A stretch of 64,000 nucleotides of DNA from Octopus vulgaris (taxonomy: Eukaryota). The notes under the pieces are model-generated. The model made no database searches. It was given only the letters and a program-made list of their open reading frames with translations, and had not been told where the DNA came from. Positions 49,720 through 62,026 of the stretch are shown here, one piece after another (position 1 is the first letter of the stretch; each line of letters begins with the position of its first letter). Location of the stretch: NCBI GenBank assembly GCA_951406725.2, contig OX597818.1:71300001-71364000 (forward strand). The letters are read 5' to 3'. A program made the translations under genes and the position numbers.

Positions 49720-49722
<3 letters not shown>
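49501..49722 (-). mobile_element. tRNA-derived SINE (family 3), partial
   Basis: Reverse complement of 54573-54810 (GGTGGAGGCGCAATGGCCTAGTGGTT...), with a deletion between the A and B boxes. Confidence 0.85.
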
Positions 49723-49788
<66 letters not shown>

Positions 49789-50067
49789 CGAGTCAGTAGC
49801 AAGCTACACAGCTTCAAAACTAACTGACCTTAAATATATATATATTTGTAACCACGTGTTTGCCTACAAACCCGTAAGTACGTTTTCATTTAACTACAAA
49901 TTGTTATATACACCTGTTTTTCTTTTAATATCCTCAAACAACCAAATAATCAAAAACTCACACCCTTAAGAGAGAACATTTATATATATATACACTTCTT
50001 TAACTCCCAAGAAAGAATATATATATTTTCAAAAATCAAAAGGAAAACAAACAAAAGAAAAACAAAC

Positions 50068-51189
50068 ATGACTAACTTGCAGGCCTGCAACAGACGAAAT
50101 TGGTCTGATAACGAAATTGATGTTTTAATAAACACATGGCTCTCTCTTTCCCAAACAGAAAATCTAAATGTCTTGTGTTTGAATGAGATTGCCGAAAAAA
50201 CATCACAAGTGGTCAACACACGATCCGTCAAACAGATTCGTAGCAAGTTGAAACATATCGAAGTATCTTTCAAACTGATAAGAGGCCATTATGAAAAGCT
50301 TCTACATATTTTCACAGTTCAAGAACAACAACAGCTAGAAAATCAGCAGCCACAACAACAACAACAACAGAATGAGCCACTCCTGGTTCCCAACACAATG
50401 GCTGACCCTGACATCGGTCAGGCACAACAACAACAACAACAGCCACAGCAACAAGAACAACAACAGCCACTCCTCAACTCTAGCTTACTAGACGATTCAC
50501 TAAATGCCAGTATCTTTTCACCGCTCTCACAGCAACCACCACAATTATCATCATCATCATCACCACCGCTGCCACCATCGTCTTCTATCACCAAAAATAC
50601 CAACAGAAAACCAAATAAGAAACCACTGCCCTCTTCCCCCACATCACCACCTCAATACTACTGCAGTAACAAAAACTTAAAGAAACATAGGAAGCAGAAT
50701 GCGCCCCCCACGGCACAAACAAGAAATCCCCAAATATGCCGCTATTCACTGCGCCAGAGACTCTGCACAAATAGTGACTGCATCTTCACGCATCTACCCG
50801 GCACTAGACGCACTACTGGCCAAGGCCAAAGCACGCATCCCACAATAACATCAACACCACCAAATAGTAAATCGAAATTCAAAACACACACAACTCGGAG
50901 TCCCAAAATCTGCCGGTATTCCCAACGTGAGAGAACATGTCTACTGAGTGACTGTCCCTTCACTCATCTTCCAGGGACCCGACGCACAAACAGAAACGGG
51001 GCCTCAAGCCAACACACAAACCTGAATAACAATAAAAATAGAAACACACCATGCTGCAGTAATGCTGGTCCAGTCTTTTCAGGAAGACACAAAAACAACA
51101 ACAACAAAAGTGGAAACTACAACCCTATCCAACAGTGCAACCACACCTCCAGCCAAAAACTGCTCCCTAAGCAGGAAAATTCTTTTTAG
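50068..51189 (+). CDS. LINE ORF1: Myb/SANT-like N-terminus, polyQ/S/P linker, two CCCH-like fingers
   Basis: 373-aa ORF with RNWSDNEIDVLINTW...EIAEK...RSVKQIRSKLKHI and two C-x8-C-x4-C-x3-H-LPGTRR repeats. Confidence 0.8.
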   Translation: MTNLQACNRRNWSDNEIDVLINTWLSLSQTENLNVLCLNEIAEKTSQVVNTRSVKQIRSKLKHIEVSFKLIRGHYEKLLHIFTVQEQQQLENQQPQQQQQQNEPLLVPNTMADPDIGQAQQQQQQPQQQEQQQPLLNSSLLDDSLNASIFSPLSQQPPQLSSSSSPPLPPSSSITKNTNRKPNKKPLPSSPTSPPQYYCSNKNLKKHRKQNAPPTAQTRNPQICRYSLRQRLCTNSDCIFTHLPGTRRTTGQGQSTHPTITSTPPNSKSKFKTHTTRSPKICRYSQRERTCLLSDCPFTHLPGTRRTNRNGASSQHTNLNNNKNRNTPCCSNAGPVFSGRHKNNNNKSGNYNPIQQCNHTSSQKLLPKQENSF

Positions 51190-51231
51190 CCATGTTGAAC
51201 ATGGCAAAAGAGATACACAAAAACATTCTAG

Positions 51232-54200
51232 CCATCACTCAACACCATCCTATGCTATTACCCCAGTGCACCAATTCCCCACATTGCTGCCACTAACACA
51301 CACAAAAAATCCAAGCCCCTGCAACAGTCAAAACCAGCCACTACACTAACCTCCACATTCCTACTCAATGCACAAGGTGTCAGCCCTTCCATCAATGCAC
51401 AAAAATGGAAGGTCCAATTCATTGAAGACTGGGTTGGTAACCATTCACACCACATCCCTTTCTTCATTCTCACTGAGACCCACCTTGACAACTCCCACTT
51501 GGAAGCCGAAGTGAGAGTGAAGAATTTCACAACCATCCGCGCGGATCGTATCGGCAGGAGGAAGGGTGGAACTGCCATTTTCCTGCATGATTCATTTACG
51601 GCAGATGGAAATAGTATATTCTCCAACGGCTACTGTGAATCAGTCACCGTGCACAACAAAGCCAATGATCTGACAGTAATTGGACTCTATAGGCCGCCCC
51701 AAACACCCATACTGTGCTTTAAAGAATGCCTCAACAGCATTAAGTGCTTTATTCAACAGTGCCATTCTAGCAACATACTCATGATGGGAGACTTCAATCT
51801 ACCCTGTGTTGACTGGACTACAAACTGTTTGAAACCAAGCACTCCCGCCTCAACCGCTGACAAAGAAGCAGCAGAGTCACTTTTCGACTTTACGAATGAG
51901 TTTTTCTTGTCCCAACTTGTCCTTGCACCAACAAGACATCAGAACATTTTGGACCTAGTGTTTAGTAACCACACTAACACTATACATAACGTTACAGTGG
52001 AAAAAACCCTTCTTTCAGACCATGACATGGTTCTCTGTAACATGAAATTCCACCAGCCGAAAGCTAATCCTAGTGACCTTCCTCCAGCCCACCCATTTGA
52101 CAACATGGATCTCCATAAAGCCAACTGGGATGCAATCAGGAACGAGCTATCAAATGTTGACTGGTCCTTTACACATACACACATCTCCACCAACCATAAA
52201 ACATCTTGGCAGATCTTTGTAGACACCGTCACAGACATATGTGCAAAACACTCCCCACCAAGACCTGTGAACAAAAAGTGCAGAATCCCCCAAAACAGAA
52301 AAACCATTATCAGAAAAATAAAAAGAACAAACAAAAAAATTAACAAACTAAAGTACTGCCAACAGCAACACACACATTCGACGGCTATCGCACAGCTTGA
52401 ATCCAAAAAATATAACCTCCAACAATGCATGAAGTCCCTCATCAATAACCAAAGATCAGCTGAGGAGAAGTGGGCCATTGAAAAAATCAAACTCAACCCC
52501 AAAGTGTTCTTTTCATTTGCGAGGAAACGCAGGGTCACTGTCTCCACTGTAGGCCCTCTAATTGACGAAACTGGCACTCTCCAAGATAATGCCAAATCCA
52601 TGGCCGAGATACTGCAGAAACAATACTGCTCTGTTTTCAGCAATCCTGATATGGCCGATCTGGGCTGTATCAGTGATGTCAACCCCCAACACACTATATC
52701 GGACATAACGTTTAGTGCCCCTGATGTCTTAGCGGCGATAAACGAAATAAAACACAATTCAGCAGTAGGCCCCGATAGGTTCCCTGCTTGTGTCCTGAAG
52801 GTGTGTCGACACCAACTTGCATCTCCCCTTGCTAATCTGTGGAGAAACTCACTGGATGCTGGCTATATTCCAAAAAACCTTCTGTCCCAGTCTGTTGTCC
52901 CAGTTTTCAAAAAGGGAAACAAGTCCCTTGCAGTGAATTACCGTCCGATCTCACTCACCTCTCATATCATCAAGGTATTTGAGAGGGTGGTGAGATCTCA
53001 AATAACCCAATTTCTGGAAAGCAACAGACGGCTGATCTCCAACCAACATGGGTTCCGTAATGGAAGGGACTGCCTAACGCAGCTCCTGCATCACTTTGAG
53101 GACATTTTGAGAGCTTTGGGAGAGGGCTCCAACACCGATGTCATCTACCTTGATTTCAGTAAGGCCTTCGACAGGGTCGATCACAAGATCCTATTGAAAA
53201 AACTATCCAACATTGGTGTCTCTGGAAAGTTACTGAAATGGATTAAGTGTTTCCTGACAGACAGATCTCAACATGTTGTAGTTGAAGGGGTAAAATCAAG
53301 CCCAGCCAAAGTCAGTAGTGGCGTTCCGCAAGGCACTGTGCTGGGCCCACTTCTTTTCATCATTTACATTAATGACATTAATGACATCATCAAGCACAGC
53401 AACATAAAAATCTTTGCAGATGACTCCAAACTACAGAAGGTCATAAATGAGGCGAGTGACCGGACATGCCTTCGGTCAGATCTACTGGCTGTTATCCAAT
53501 GGGCAGAAAAAAACAATATGCTGCTGAACGAGGATAAATTTGAGCTAATCCACTTTGGAAAAGAGGATGCCCTGAAACTCCCATACTCCCTTCCTTCAGG
53601 TGAAACTCTCACGGCGTCCAACAACATCAGAGACTTGGGAGTAATTGTGGACAACAACGTAAGCTGGGCCACTCATATAAACACCAAAGTTGACATGGCC
53701 CGCAGAATGTGTTCCTGGATTCTCAGAACTTTCCAGTCGAGAGATATCCACACCATTATCCTTCTCTTCTCCACTTTTGCCCGACCCCACCTTGAATACT
53801 GTTGTCCACTGTGGTCTCCCCACACAATACAAGGTATCATAAAAGTCGAAGCACCTCAAAGGGCAATCACAAAAAAGATAGATGGCATGACAGGCCTCGA
53901 CTATTGGGGTCGACTAGAAAAGCTAAAACTCTATTCTCTCCAACGTCGTCGTGAGCGCTACATCATCTGCATGATGTGGAAAATATTCCATCAGCATTGC
54001 CCAAATGATGTTGGCATCACCTTTAAGGTACATCCAAGGCTTGGGCCCCGTGCCATCCGCCCAAAACAAAAATCGCACTCTCATCTCATAACAACAATAC
54101 GGCACAATTATTTCACCTCAATTGGCCCCGCTCTCTTTAACATTACACCAAAACACATTAAAACAGAAACTGACCCTATAGGGTTCAAGAAGTCTTTGGA

Positions 54201-54300
54201 CAGATTCCTTCAAGAAATCCCGGATAAACCCCCTACACCCGGATATGTCTCTGTAAACAATAACTCTCTACTTGAGTGGGCCATAGTGCCCAAATTCTGA
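51232..54300 (+). CDS. LINE ORF2: AP endonuclease plus reverse transcriptase (open frame from 51232; start codon uncertain)
   Basis: LLNAQG, LTETHL, GLYRPP, MGDFNLP, LSDH, NYRPISLTS, YLDFSKAFD, GVPQGTVLGP, FADD and LEYCCPLWSP motifs with no stop. Confidence 0.95.
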   Translation, partial: PSLNTILCYYPSAPIPHIAATNTHKKSKPLQQSKPATTLTSTFLLNAQGVSPSINAQKWKVQFIEDWVGNHSHHIPFFILTETHLDNSHLEAEVRVKNFTTIRADRIGRRKGGTAIFLHDSFTADGNSIFSNGYCESVTVHNKANDLTVIGLYRPPQTPILCFKECLNSIKCFIQQCHSSNILMMGDFNLPCVDWTTNCLKPSTPASTADKEAAESLFDFTNEFFLSQLVLAPTRHQNILDLVFSNHTNTIHNVTVEKTLLSDHDMVLCNMKFHQPKANPSDLPPAHPFDNMDLHKANWDAIRNELSNVDWSFTHTHISTNHKTSWQIFVDTVTDICAKHSPPRPVNKKCRIPQNRKTIIRKIKRTNKKINKLKYCQQQHTHSTAIAQLESKKYNLQQCMKSLINNQRSAEEKWAIEKIKLNPKVFFSFARKRRVTVSTVGPLIDETGTLQDNAKSMAEILQKQYCSVFSNPDMADLGCISDVNPQHTISDITFSAPDVLAAINEIKHNSAVGPDRFPACVLKVCRHQLASPLANLWRNSLDAGYIPKNLLSQSVVPVFKKGNKSLAVNYRPISLTSHIIKVFERVVRSQITQFLESNRRLISNQHGFRNGRDCLTQLLHHFEDILRALGEGSNTDVIYLDFSKAFDRVDHKILLKKLSNIGVSGKLLKWIKCFLTDRSQHVVVEGVKSSPAKVSSGVPQGTVLGPLLFIIYINDINDIIKHSNIKIFADDSKLQKVINEASDRTCLRSDLLAVIQWAEKNNMLLNEDKFELIHFGKEDALKLPYSLPSGETLTASNNIRDLGVIVDNNVSWATHINTKVDMARRMCSWILRTFQSRDIHTIILLFSTFARPHLEYCCPLWSPHTIQGIIKVEAPQRAITKKIDGMTGLDYWGRLEKLKLYSLQRRRERYIICMMWKIFHQHCPNDVGITFKVHPRLGPRAIRPKQKSHSHLITTIRHNYFTSIGPALFNITPKHIKTETDPIGFKKSLDRFLQEIPDKPPTPGYVSVNNNSLLEWAIVPKF

Positions 54301-54389
54301 CTTGAAAGACTTCACCAGGTGGTGCTATTGGGTTAGACATGGCCTGGGCCGATAATGGCCGAAACCTATCAAAGTATCAAAGTATCAAA

Positions 54390-54421
<32 letters not shown>

Positions 54422-54423
54422 TT

Positions 54424-54847
<424 letters not shown>

Positions 54848-55321
54848 TATATATATATATATATATGTATAGGCACAGGATTGGCTGTGTAGTTAGTAGC
54901 TTGCTTACAAACCACATGGTTTTATAAGAAATCGGTTTCCACTCATTTTTCCAATCGATTTTTCCACTCATCGATTGTCTTTTTCTTTTTTTTTCATGTA
55001 ACCCCACTTTGCCCATGGTTTGAGAACCCTTCCAGCAAGGAATGCCCAAAAGGGCACCTGATCCTCTGTGTGAAAAGCGGTTATGTACTTTTCACAACTA
55101 AGTTTATATATTTTGGCAAAACACACACACACGCACACATATACGTACATACACCTATTGTATACATGTTTTTGCGCGCCTTTGCCCCTGCCACTGTCCC
55201 ACCACCAACTCCTACCCGAGTAATACCATCAATTGAAGCAAATTTGGCACCTGGAAGTAAGTTTTGTAACAGGAATAAGGAAGCCTACCTTCTCCCGCAT
55301 AGATGTGAAGGTCAGACCTCT

Positions 55322-55421
55322 CCTGGTCAAACTAAAGTGTTTGACCCGGTCATAAAACAAACAAAAAAATTGTGTAATAGGTGTAAAACAACTTGTTCTA
55401 AACGATTATCAAGAACATACA

Positions 55422-55487
<66 letters not shown>

Positions 55488-55702
55488 GAGAAATGGTTGG
55501 TTCAAGGCAAGACTACATTGAACTGAATTTAAATAAGCAAGAAAGATATTATCAAAGAAAAGGCCATAGGCCTCTCCTCCCACTCTCCTTTCGCAAGCGC
55601 ACATTTTTTTGGTCATATTCCTTTAGAGGAAGTTGTTTTACACATATTACTATTTTTTTTGTTTTTTTTTTATGACCGGGTCAAACGCTTTAGGTTGACC
55701 CC
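55322..55702. repeat. Inverted-repeat element with an internal (CA)n, related to the 10.6-kb palindrome
   Basis: GGTCAAACTAAAGTGTTTGACCCGGTCATAAAA...GTGTAAAACAACTT is mirrored by AAGTTGTTTTACAC...TTTTATGACCGGGTCAAACGCTTTAGGTTGACC. Confidence 0.7.
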
Positions 55703-56433
55703 TCTCCTTTCGAAAACATGAACAGTTTCGGAACATTGTTTACAAAATAATAGCTGATCGTTTGCGAAGGAGCGTGTCTACAGTCAACACGTAGGTCTTT
55801 TGCTCTGGTAACCTCTGCTCTCTCCCATGTTCACGCACGACCAGCTATATATCGCTATCATTAGAACAACGGATTCAGCTAATTTGGAAATTAGTTGTGG
55901 TGAAACGGAGAATATCGTTTATGTTGCCCGTATATATATACGCGCAGCATACACACACAAACATTGCATATATGTGTCTTTTACGCATACATGCTCGCGT
56001 GTGTGTATGCGTGACTGAAGCCATTCACACATACAAACATACATAACAACACCTGTCTGTCTGTTATTGCCAGTAAAAAGACGAAATTATAAAATTCTCT
56101 CTCTCTCTATCTCTCTCCCTCTCCCTCCCTCTCTTTACACCTTGGCTAGGAGGGGACTTAACTCATGTTTGCTTTGTAAACAATGTTAGCTTTCGACATC
56201 TTAGAAATTTAAAAGTTATGGCTTAGAATTATTTACCGTAATTTGCGGGTGTCTCGGGGGAAAATAATTTGACGAAAATACAGCTGGGATCGTGACGAAT
56301 GTCCTCCTAAAATTTGAGCGACATGCATGTTAATTTGTGGATATGCATAAATTACAAAAACGTACACACACACACACATCTAGCCTTATATATATACAGA
56401 TATATATATGTATATATATATATATATATATGT

Positions 56434-56472
<39 letters not shown>

Positions 56473-56519
56473 TGTGCGTGTGTGTGTGTGTTATGTGTGT
56501 CTGTGTGTACGTGCGTGTG

Positions 56520-56720
56520 TTTGTGTGTCTGTGTTTGTCCCCCAACATCGCTTGACAACCGATGCTGGTGTTTTTACGTCCCCGTAAACTAGCGTTTCTG
56601 CAAAAGAAACGAATAAAATCAGTACTAGGCTTCCTGGGGTCGATTTGCTCGACTAAAGACAGTGCTCCACCATGGCCACAGTCACATGACTGAAACAAAT
56701 GAAAGAATAAAAGAATAAAT
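56520..56720 (+). mobile_element. SINE family 1, 3' half
   Basis: GCTTGACAACCGATGCTGGTG...GTGCTCCACCATGGCCACAGTCACATGACTGAAACAAATGAAAG. Confidence 0.7.
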
Positions 56721-57055
56721 GTAACTGTGAACACACACACACGCGAACACACACATACACACACACACACACACATTTTGCTGCTCTATGTGTTTATTTA
56801 TTGAGTTGTTCATCCTATATGCGTGTGTTTGTGTGTGTGTATATATAAATATATTTATATGTACATATGTATGTGTGTATACACGTGTGTGTATATACAA
56901 TAGAAATCTCTATTACCTACTCCCCAACCCAATCATTCCACCTGTTTAATTAATTTCATTCCTTCTCTTCTCCTTTGAGTTTTTCTTTTAATTCTTCACC
57001 ACCCGACTCCCCTTTCAGACACCATTTTTAATGTTTTTATTCTTTTCTTTTTCAG

Positions 57056-57210
57056 GTGAACCTTCGAAATAAAGATGGTCAAACACCGCTGCACTTGGCC
57101 TGTTCGCGGGGACACTTTCACACTGTCGACATGTTGTTGGGTCACAATGGCATCGATGTCAATGTGGTGGACAAAAATGGAGACACACCACTGCATGAGG
57201 CAGTTCAGCG
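57056..57210 (+). CDS. Ankyrin-repeat gene exon 4
   Basis: TTTCAG| acceptor; VNLRNKDGQTPLHLACSRGHFHTVDMLLGHNGIDVNVVDKNGDTPLHEAVQ; |GTAAGT donor, phase 2. Confidence 0.9.
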
Positions 57211-58189
57211 GTAAGTCCCCATTGGATCTGGAATATCCAAATCTGTTTCTTTTACGTTTTCAATAATGTTTGTTTCTTTTTCATTGAGTCATTCATGTCA
57301 TAATCCCACCATGGGGTCATTGTCTTTCTTCTCTCTTTCGCACTGAAATAACACTGTAATCTACTTTATTAATTAATCATCACCATAATTGTTATTGTTG
57401 TTGCCTGACTGGACATATTACTTCATCTCGTTCTCCATTTCCTCAACGTCATAGGTTCAAATCCTCTCTCTTCTTCTTCTCATCCCATCTAGAACTACTT
57501 TCTCTCTCTCTCTCTCTTTCTTCCTCACTCTCTCTCTCCTTTGTAGTTTCTCTATTTACTCCGACCCTGGGATAAATACAGAATCATCCCCTTAAAATAT
57601 TTACATTTGTCTCTTTTATGTTCCATGTTCAAATCCTACCAGAATATTTACTATCACTCTGGGGTCAATATAAGCTGTACCAGTAATACCCAGGGGTTCC
57701 TTTAGTAAACTGTCTTCCTTCTTTTCTCCTGTTCTTGTTTCTTATTACTTTTGAAGGAAATAAATTGTGTTATTTTATTTACGACTCTTTACGTTCAGAG
57801 TTCAAATCCTGCCAAGGTCAACTTCTCCTTCCATCTTTGCAATATTGATAAAATACAATACCAGTCATGTACTGGGGTTCATATGATTACCTGTAGCCCT
57901 TCTTTCCTTCCTAAATGTCATGATTATATAAGCTGTGAGAATTCTTAGCAGTATTTTTCCTGTCTTTACATTTCTGGGTTTACTCAGGTGTGTATATATC
58001 ATTGTTCTACTGTGTAGAGTGTGTATTGAATAAATATATATGCGTGTGAGTATGTGTGTAATAATTGCTGTAATTAAATTATTGTTACCTAATTACATTT
58101 GTTTTCTTTAATGACCTAATAATTATTATCTCAAGATGTGTGATGTTTGTTTTTTTTCATGTTTTTCTTTCCTCATCCATTACTTTCAG

Positions 58190-58226
58190 GCGAAACTATG
58201 AATTGGTGTCTCTATTGCTGAACCAG
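58190..58226 (+). CDS. Ankyrin-repeat gene exon 5 (37-nt mini-exon)
   Basis: TTTCAG| acceptor after a pyrimidine tract; RNYELVSLLLNQ completes the ankyrin helix; |GTTAGT donor; bridges phase 2 to phase 0 exactly. Confidence 0.8.
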
Positions 58227-58524
58227 GTTAGTTAATAAATATATATTATATACACTCTCCAGTATTATATTGATCTGTATAATATAAATATTATCAAGGT
58301 ACCAGTGAAATAATGGGGATGGATTTAATCACATGTACTACAAAAGCCTTGTGTTTGTGGAGAAATTGTATATTGATCATGTTGATGTTGATATTAGCGG
58401 TGTGAACAGTCCAACTGACCACCACCACTGATAATAATACCTTCAATGGTCAAATGAAACAAGGTCATTATGAGATGAACCAAAATATAATAGATATCAT
58501 GTATATATATATATATACATTTAT

Positions 58525-58870
58525 ATTTCAATTGTTTTGCACATTTGCCTGCGGCCATGCTGGGGCATCATCGAATTTTTAGTCAAATGTATCAATCCCA
58601 GTCCTTACTTTTATTTTAAGCATATCACTTATCCTCTCAGCCTCTTTGCTGGACCACTACACACACACACACACACTCACTCACACACACACATACATAG
58701 GCACACACCTCTTATGAAGCTTCTTTCAGTTTTCATTTACCAAATCCACTTATAATATTTTTTTCAGCCCTAGGTAAGTGTAGAATATACTTGCCTGAGT
58801 TTCCATGCGGAGGGATTCAACGTAGAACCGTGTATGGTTGGGGAAAAAGCTTCTTACACTACAACCATGT
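58525..58870 (-). mobile_element. SINE family 1, decayed
   Basis: Colinear with the 8480-8856 copy. Confidence 0.6.
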
Positions 58871-58918
58871 ATATATGGATGTGGGTGTATATATTTCTAT
58901 CTATCTATCCATCTATCC

Positions 58919-59064
<146 letters not shown>

Positions 59065-59147
59065 ATATATATATATATATATAAATCTATCTATCTGTCT
59101 GTCTGTCTGTCTGCCTGTTTGTCTCTCTCTCTGTCTTTCTATCTATG

Positions 59148-59187
<40 letters not shown>

Positions 59188-59355
59188 CATATATGCATAT
59201 ACATGTATATATATATACGTATATTTATGTATATATATATATATATAAATATTTATATAAATATACAAATATATACATATATATATGTATGTATGTGTAT
59301 ATATATATATATGTATATATGTATATATATATGTGTATATATATATATATATTGT

Positions 59356-59386
<31 letters not shown>

Positions 59387-59461
59387 AATATTAGGGAATA
59401 AATCCAAATTTACAGGGAAAAAATCAGATTTAGGATTAAATCCAATTTTATAGTAAAATAT

Positions 59462-59641
59462 TATATAATATTATTAGAGACAAAACCACTATTTTGCAAA
59501 ACAAACAAGGAAAGACTTAATCAATACATAAAATTTTAATATTTTTTTTTTTTTGACTTTTTATTAAAATTTTATGTATTGATTAAGTCTTTCCTTGTTT
59601 GTTTTGCAAAATAGTGGTTTTGTCTCTAATAATATTATATA
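59462..59641. repeat. Apparently perfect ~80-bp inverted repeat with a ~20-nt T-rich spacer
   Basis: ATTATTAGAGACAAAACCACTATTTTGCAAAACAAACAAGGAAAGACTTAATCAATACATAAAATTTTAATA and its exact reverse complement. Confidence 0.9.
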
Positions 59642-60546
59642 TATATATGATAGATCGCTACCCACTAAACCTTTTTTATTTTCTCTTCCTGTCGCGCAAC
59701 TGCCAAAAATGACCAGTTACTGTATATAGCTAGCATTATGTCGATTACAATATATCTACATCCAGTACATGAAACACACCTTATTATAGCTGATATAGAA
59801 TGCTGTGCAATACAATAACTGGTTGAATAACATGAAGCAAACAAGCAATTATTTCTCCCATCTTAGAAAAATATAAAACGAAGAATTGCTGAGATTTGCT
59901 AAGTGAGGAATGTGTTGATGTCACTAATATGAAGAATGGTTTCTATGTTTATAACTAATTAATTTGTTTTGTTGTAATTAAACCTACTCTTACTGTTTTC
60001 TACTGGTTACTATAACTATACAAATGTCCTTTATATGTGTGTTTGTGTATATAAATATATACACAATCGTACACTTCCATTGATATCCGTCACCCATGCT
60101 TCCCTTACATGCTAACATAACTACCTCCTCCTCTCCCTTTCTATAACTGATTGTGATTGTTACTCTCCCCTTAACATACAAAACAAGCACCTGCCACTAT
60201 CATCCCTATTTTGACATACACACATTACTTTTCTAGAAGCATTACTGTTTCCTTGCCTTGCATCCTAGACCCATCGTCCGCATTTACCCTCCTTTCTACC
60301 CACTCTTGATCAGGTTATCCAGAACAATTTTAGACAAATGAGGAGCCTGGGAGAAGGCAATGTCTCTAGGACTGGTGTCACAAAAAAGGGAATATGAATG
60401 AATGGAGATGTCATAGGGTAGATAGGAAACTTAGGCTTGTTTTGGTTAGGACATGAGAACCTCCTCAAGGATGGTGCCAAAGTATTCAGTACACTCTGCT
60501 TTGGGGTTTGCATTAAGAAGGGTTCCCAGCCTTAGCTGCCATTATA

Positions 60547-60844
60547 AATGGCCCAGTTGTTAGGGCAGCGGACTCTCGGTTGTAGGATCGCGGTGTCGAT
60601 TCCCAGACCGGGCGTTGTGAGTGTTTATTGAGCGAAAACACCTAAAGCTCCACGAGGCTCCGGCAGCGGGTGGTGGCGATCACCGCTGTACTCTTTCGCC
60701 ACAACTTTCTCTCACTCTTTCTTCTGTTGGCCTGCTCGCTTACCCAGCGGGGTGGCGTCATTTGAAGGCTAAAACAATGCGAAGCGCATTGTGACCAGCG
60801 ATGTGTAGCAACATCTGATAGCCTGGTCGGTCACGGGGATCACA

Positions 60845-60848
<4 letters not shown>
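60547..60848 (+). mobile_element. tRNA-derived SINE (family 3)
   Basis: Colinear with 54585-54847; ends in (TA)n. Confidence 0.85.
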
Positions 60849-60889
<41 letters not shown>

Positions 60890-61729
60890 GTATATATAGC
60901 TCCCAGCACCTCGAATGTAGTAATTACACAAACGAGGGGTAATCTGCTAGCTATTCGTTAGGTCAACCTTTAGTGGCAGATACGGCAACTCCAGTTGCCA
61001 ACCATAAAGTAGAAAGTAACTTTTTTATTGCATATCAATCTTCAATATGGCAAAGTTTACAACCTTCTGCGGATTGTGAAAAACTTACTATCATCTTACA
61101 CGTTCATCATCCTTGGATCTTAACTCTAAATATTGTAGGTTTTTGGATTATAGCATTGCACAGAACAACCTGCGAAACGAATCCGAGAACAATTGGCAAA
61201 GTATTTTCTTTAGAACAAGACATCCGAGGTGATACATTCTGCACCGGAGGATGCAACAGAATCCGTTGTACAGAATCCCACCCTCAAAAGAACCAATACA
61301 AGAGGGTCGAAATGATGTGTGTGTGTGCGTGCGCGGGTGTACATTGATTTTACGGATGTGGACACTAACTGCCTCAGAAGTTTTATGAACCCCTTATTAA
61401 TATAGCAACATCAAAAGTAAACATTAAGCGAATAATTCTTCTTTACTAGACTTGATCCGTTAATCATGTCTTCACCCTTGTTCAGTTCTCCTAAAACTTA
61501 CTATAGTCAGGAATCAAGATTCCTGACTATAGTATGACAACTTAGAGTATGTCTCTAATATACACTCAAAGGAAGTTATGGAGGTACCTTACGAAGGTTC
61601 ACTTAACTGACAGACATCAAGTGTGTATGATTAGTTTGGTCAAGTACCCAGTAGAAGACAGTAATAACATATTGACATCTACCCGAATTTTCATGCAGAT
61701 TTTCATTTTCTATTTTTAACTCTACAAAG

Positions 61730-61939
61730 GATTCTGTTCAGCTTGACATCAAGAACCATCGGGAAATGACACCATTGCTTTTATCTGTCTCTGAGGGCTA
61801 CCTCGGAATGGTGCACAAGTTGATAGCAAAAGGTGCAGACGTAAATGATGTCAACAATGAAGGCAACAATTGTCTGCACCTGGCTGTGAAGATGGAGGGG
61901 TTTCATTCCGAGGTTGAACCTTTAAATATTTTAGATAAG
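61730..61939 (+). CDS. Ankyrin-repeat gene exon 6 (gene probably continues beyond the window)
   Basis: AAAG| acceptor; DSVQLDIKNHREMTPLLLSVSEGYLGMVHKLIAKGADVNDVNNEGNNCLHLAVK...LDK; |GTAAGT donor. Confidence 0.88.
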
Positions 61940-61965
61940 GTAAGTTTGGAAATTGTTTATAAATA

Positions 61966-62026
<61 letters not shown>

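Larger units (their letters stand above)
49786..54390 (+). mobile_element. Apparently intact full-length CR1-group LINE in ankyrin intron 3
   Basis: 5'UTR, ORF1, long open ORF2, short 3'UTR and an (AAAGTATC)n tail; both ends in (TA)n. Confidence 0.95.

Noticed and set aside
51939-52757. 272-aa antisense ORF inside LINE ORF2
   Set aside because: No motif; explained by codon-biased antisense of an A/C-rich ORF.
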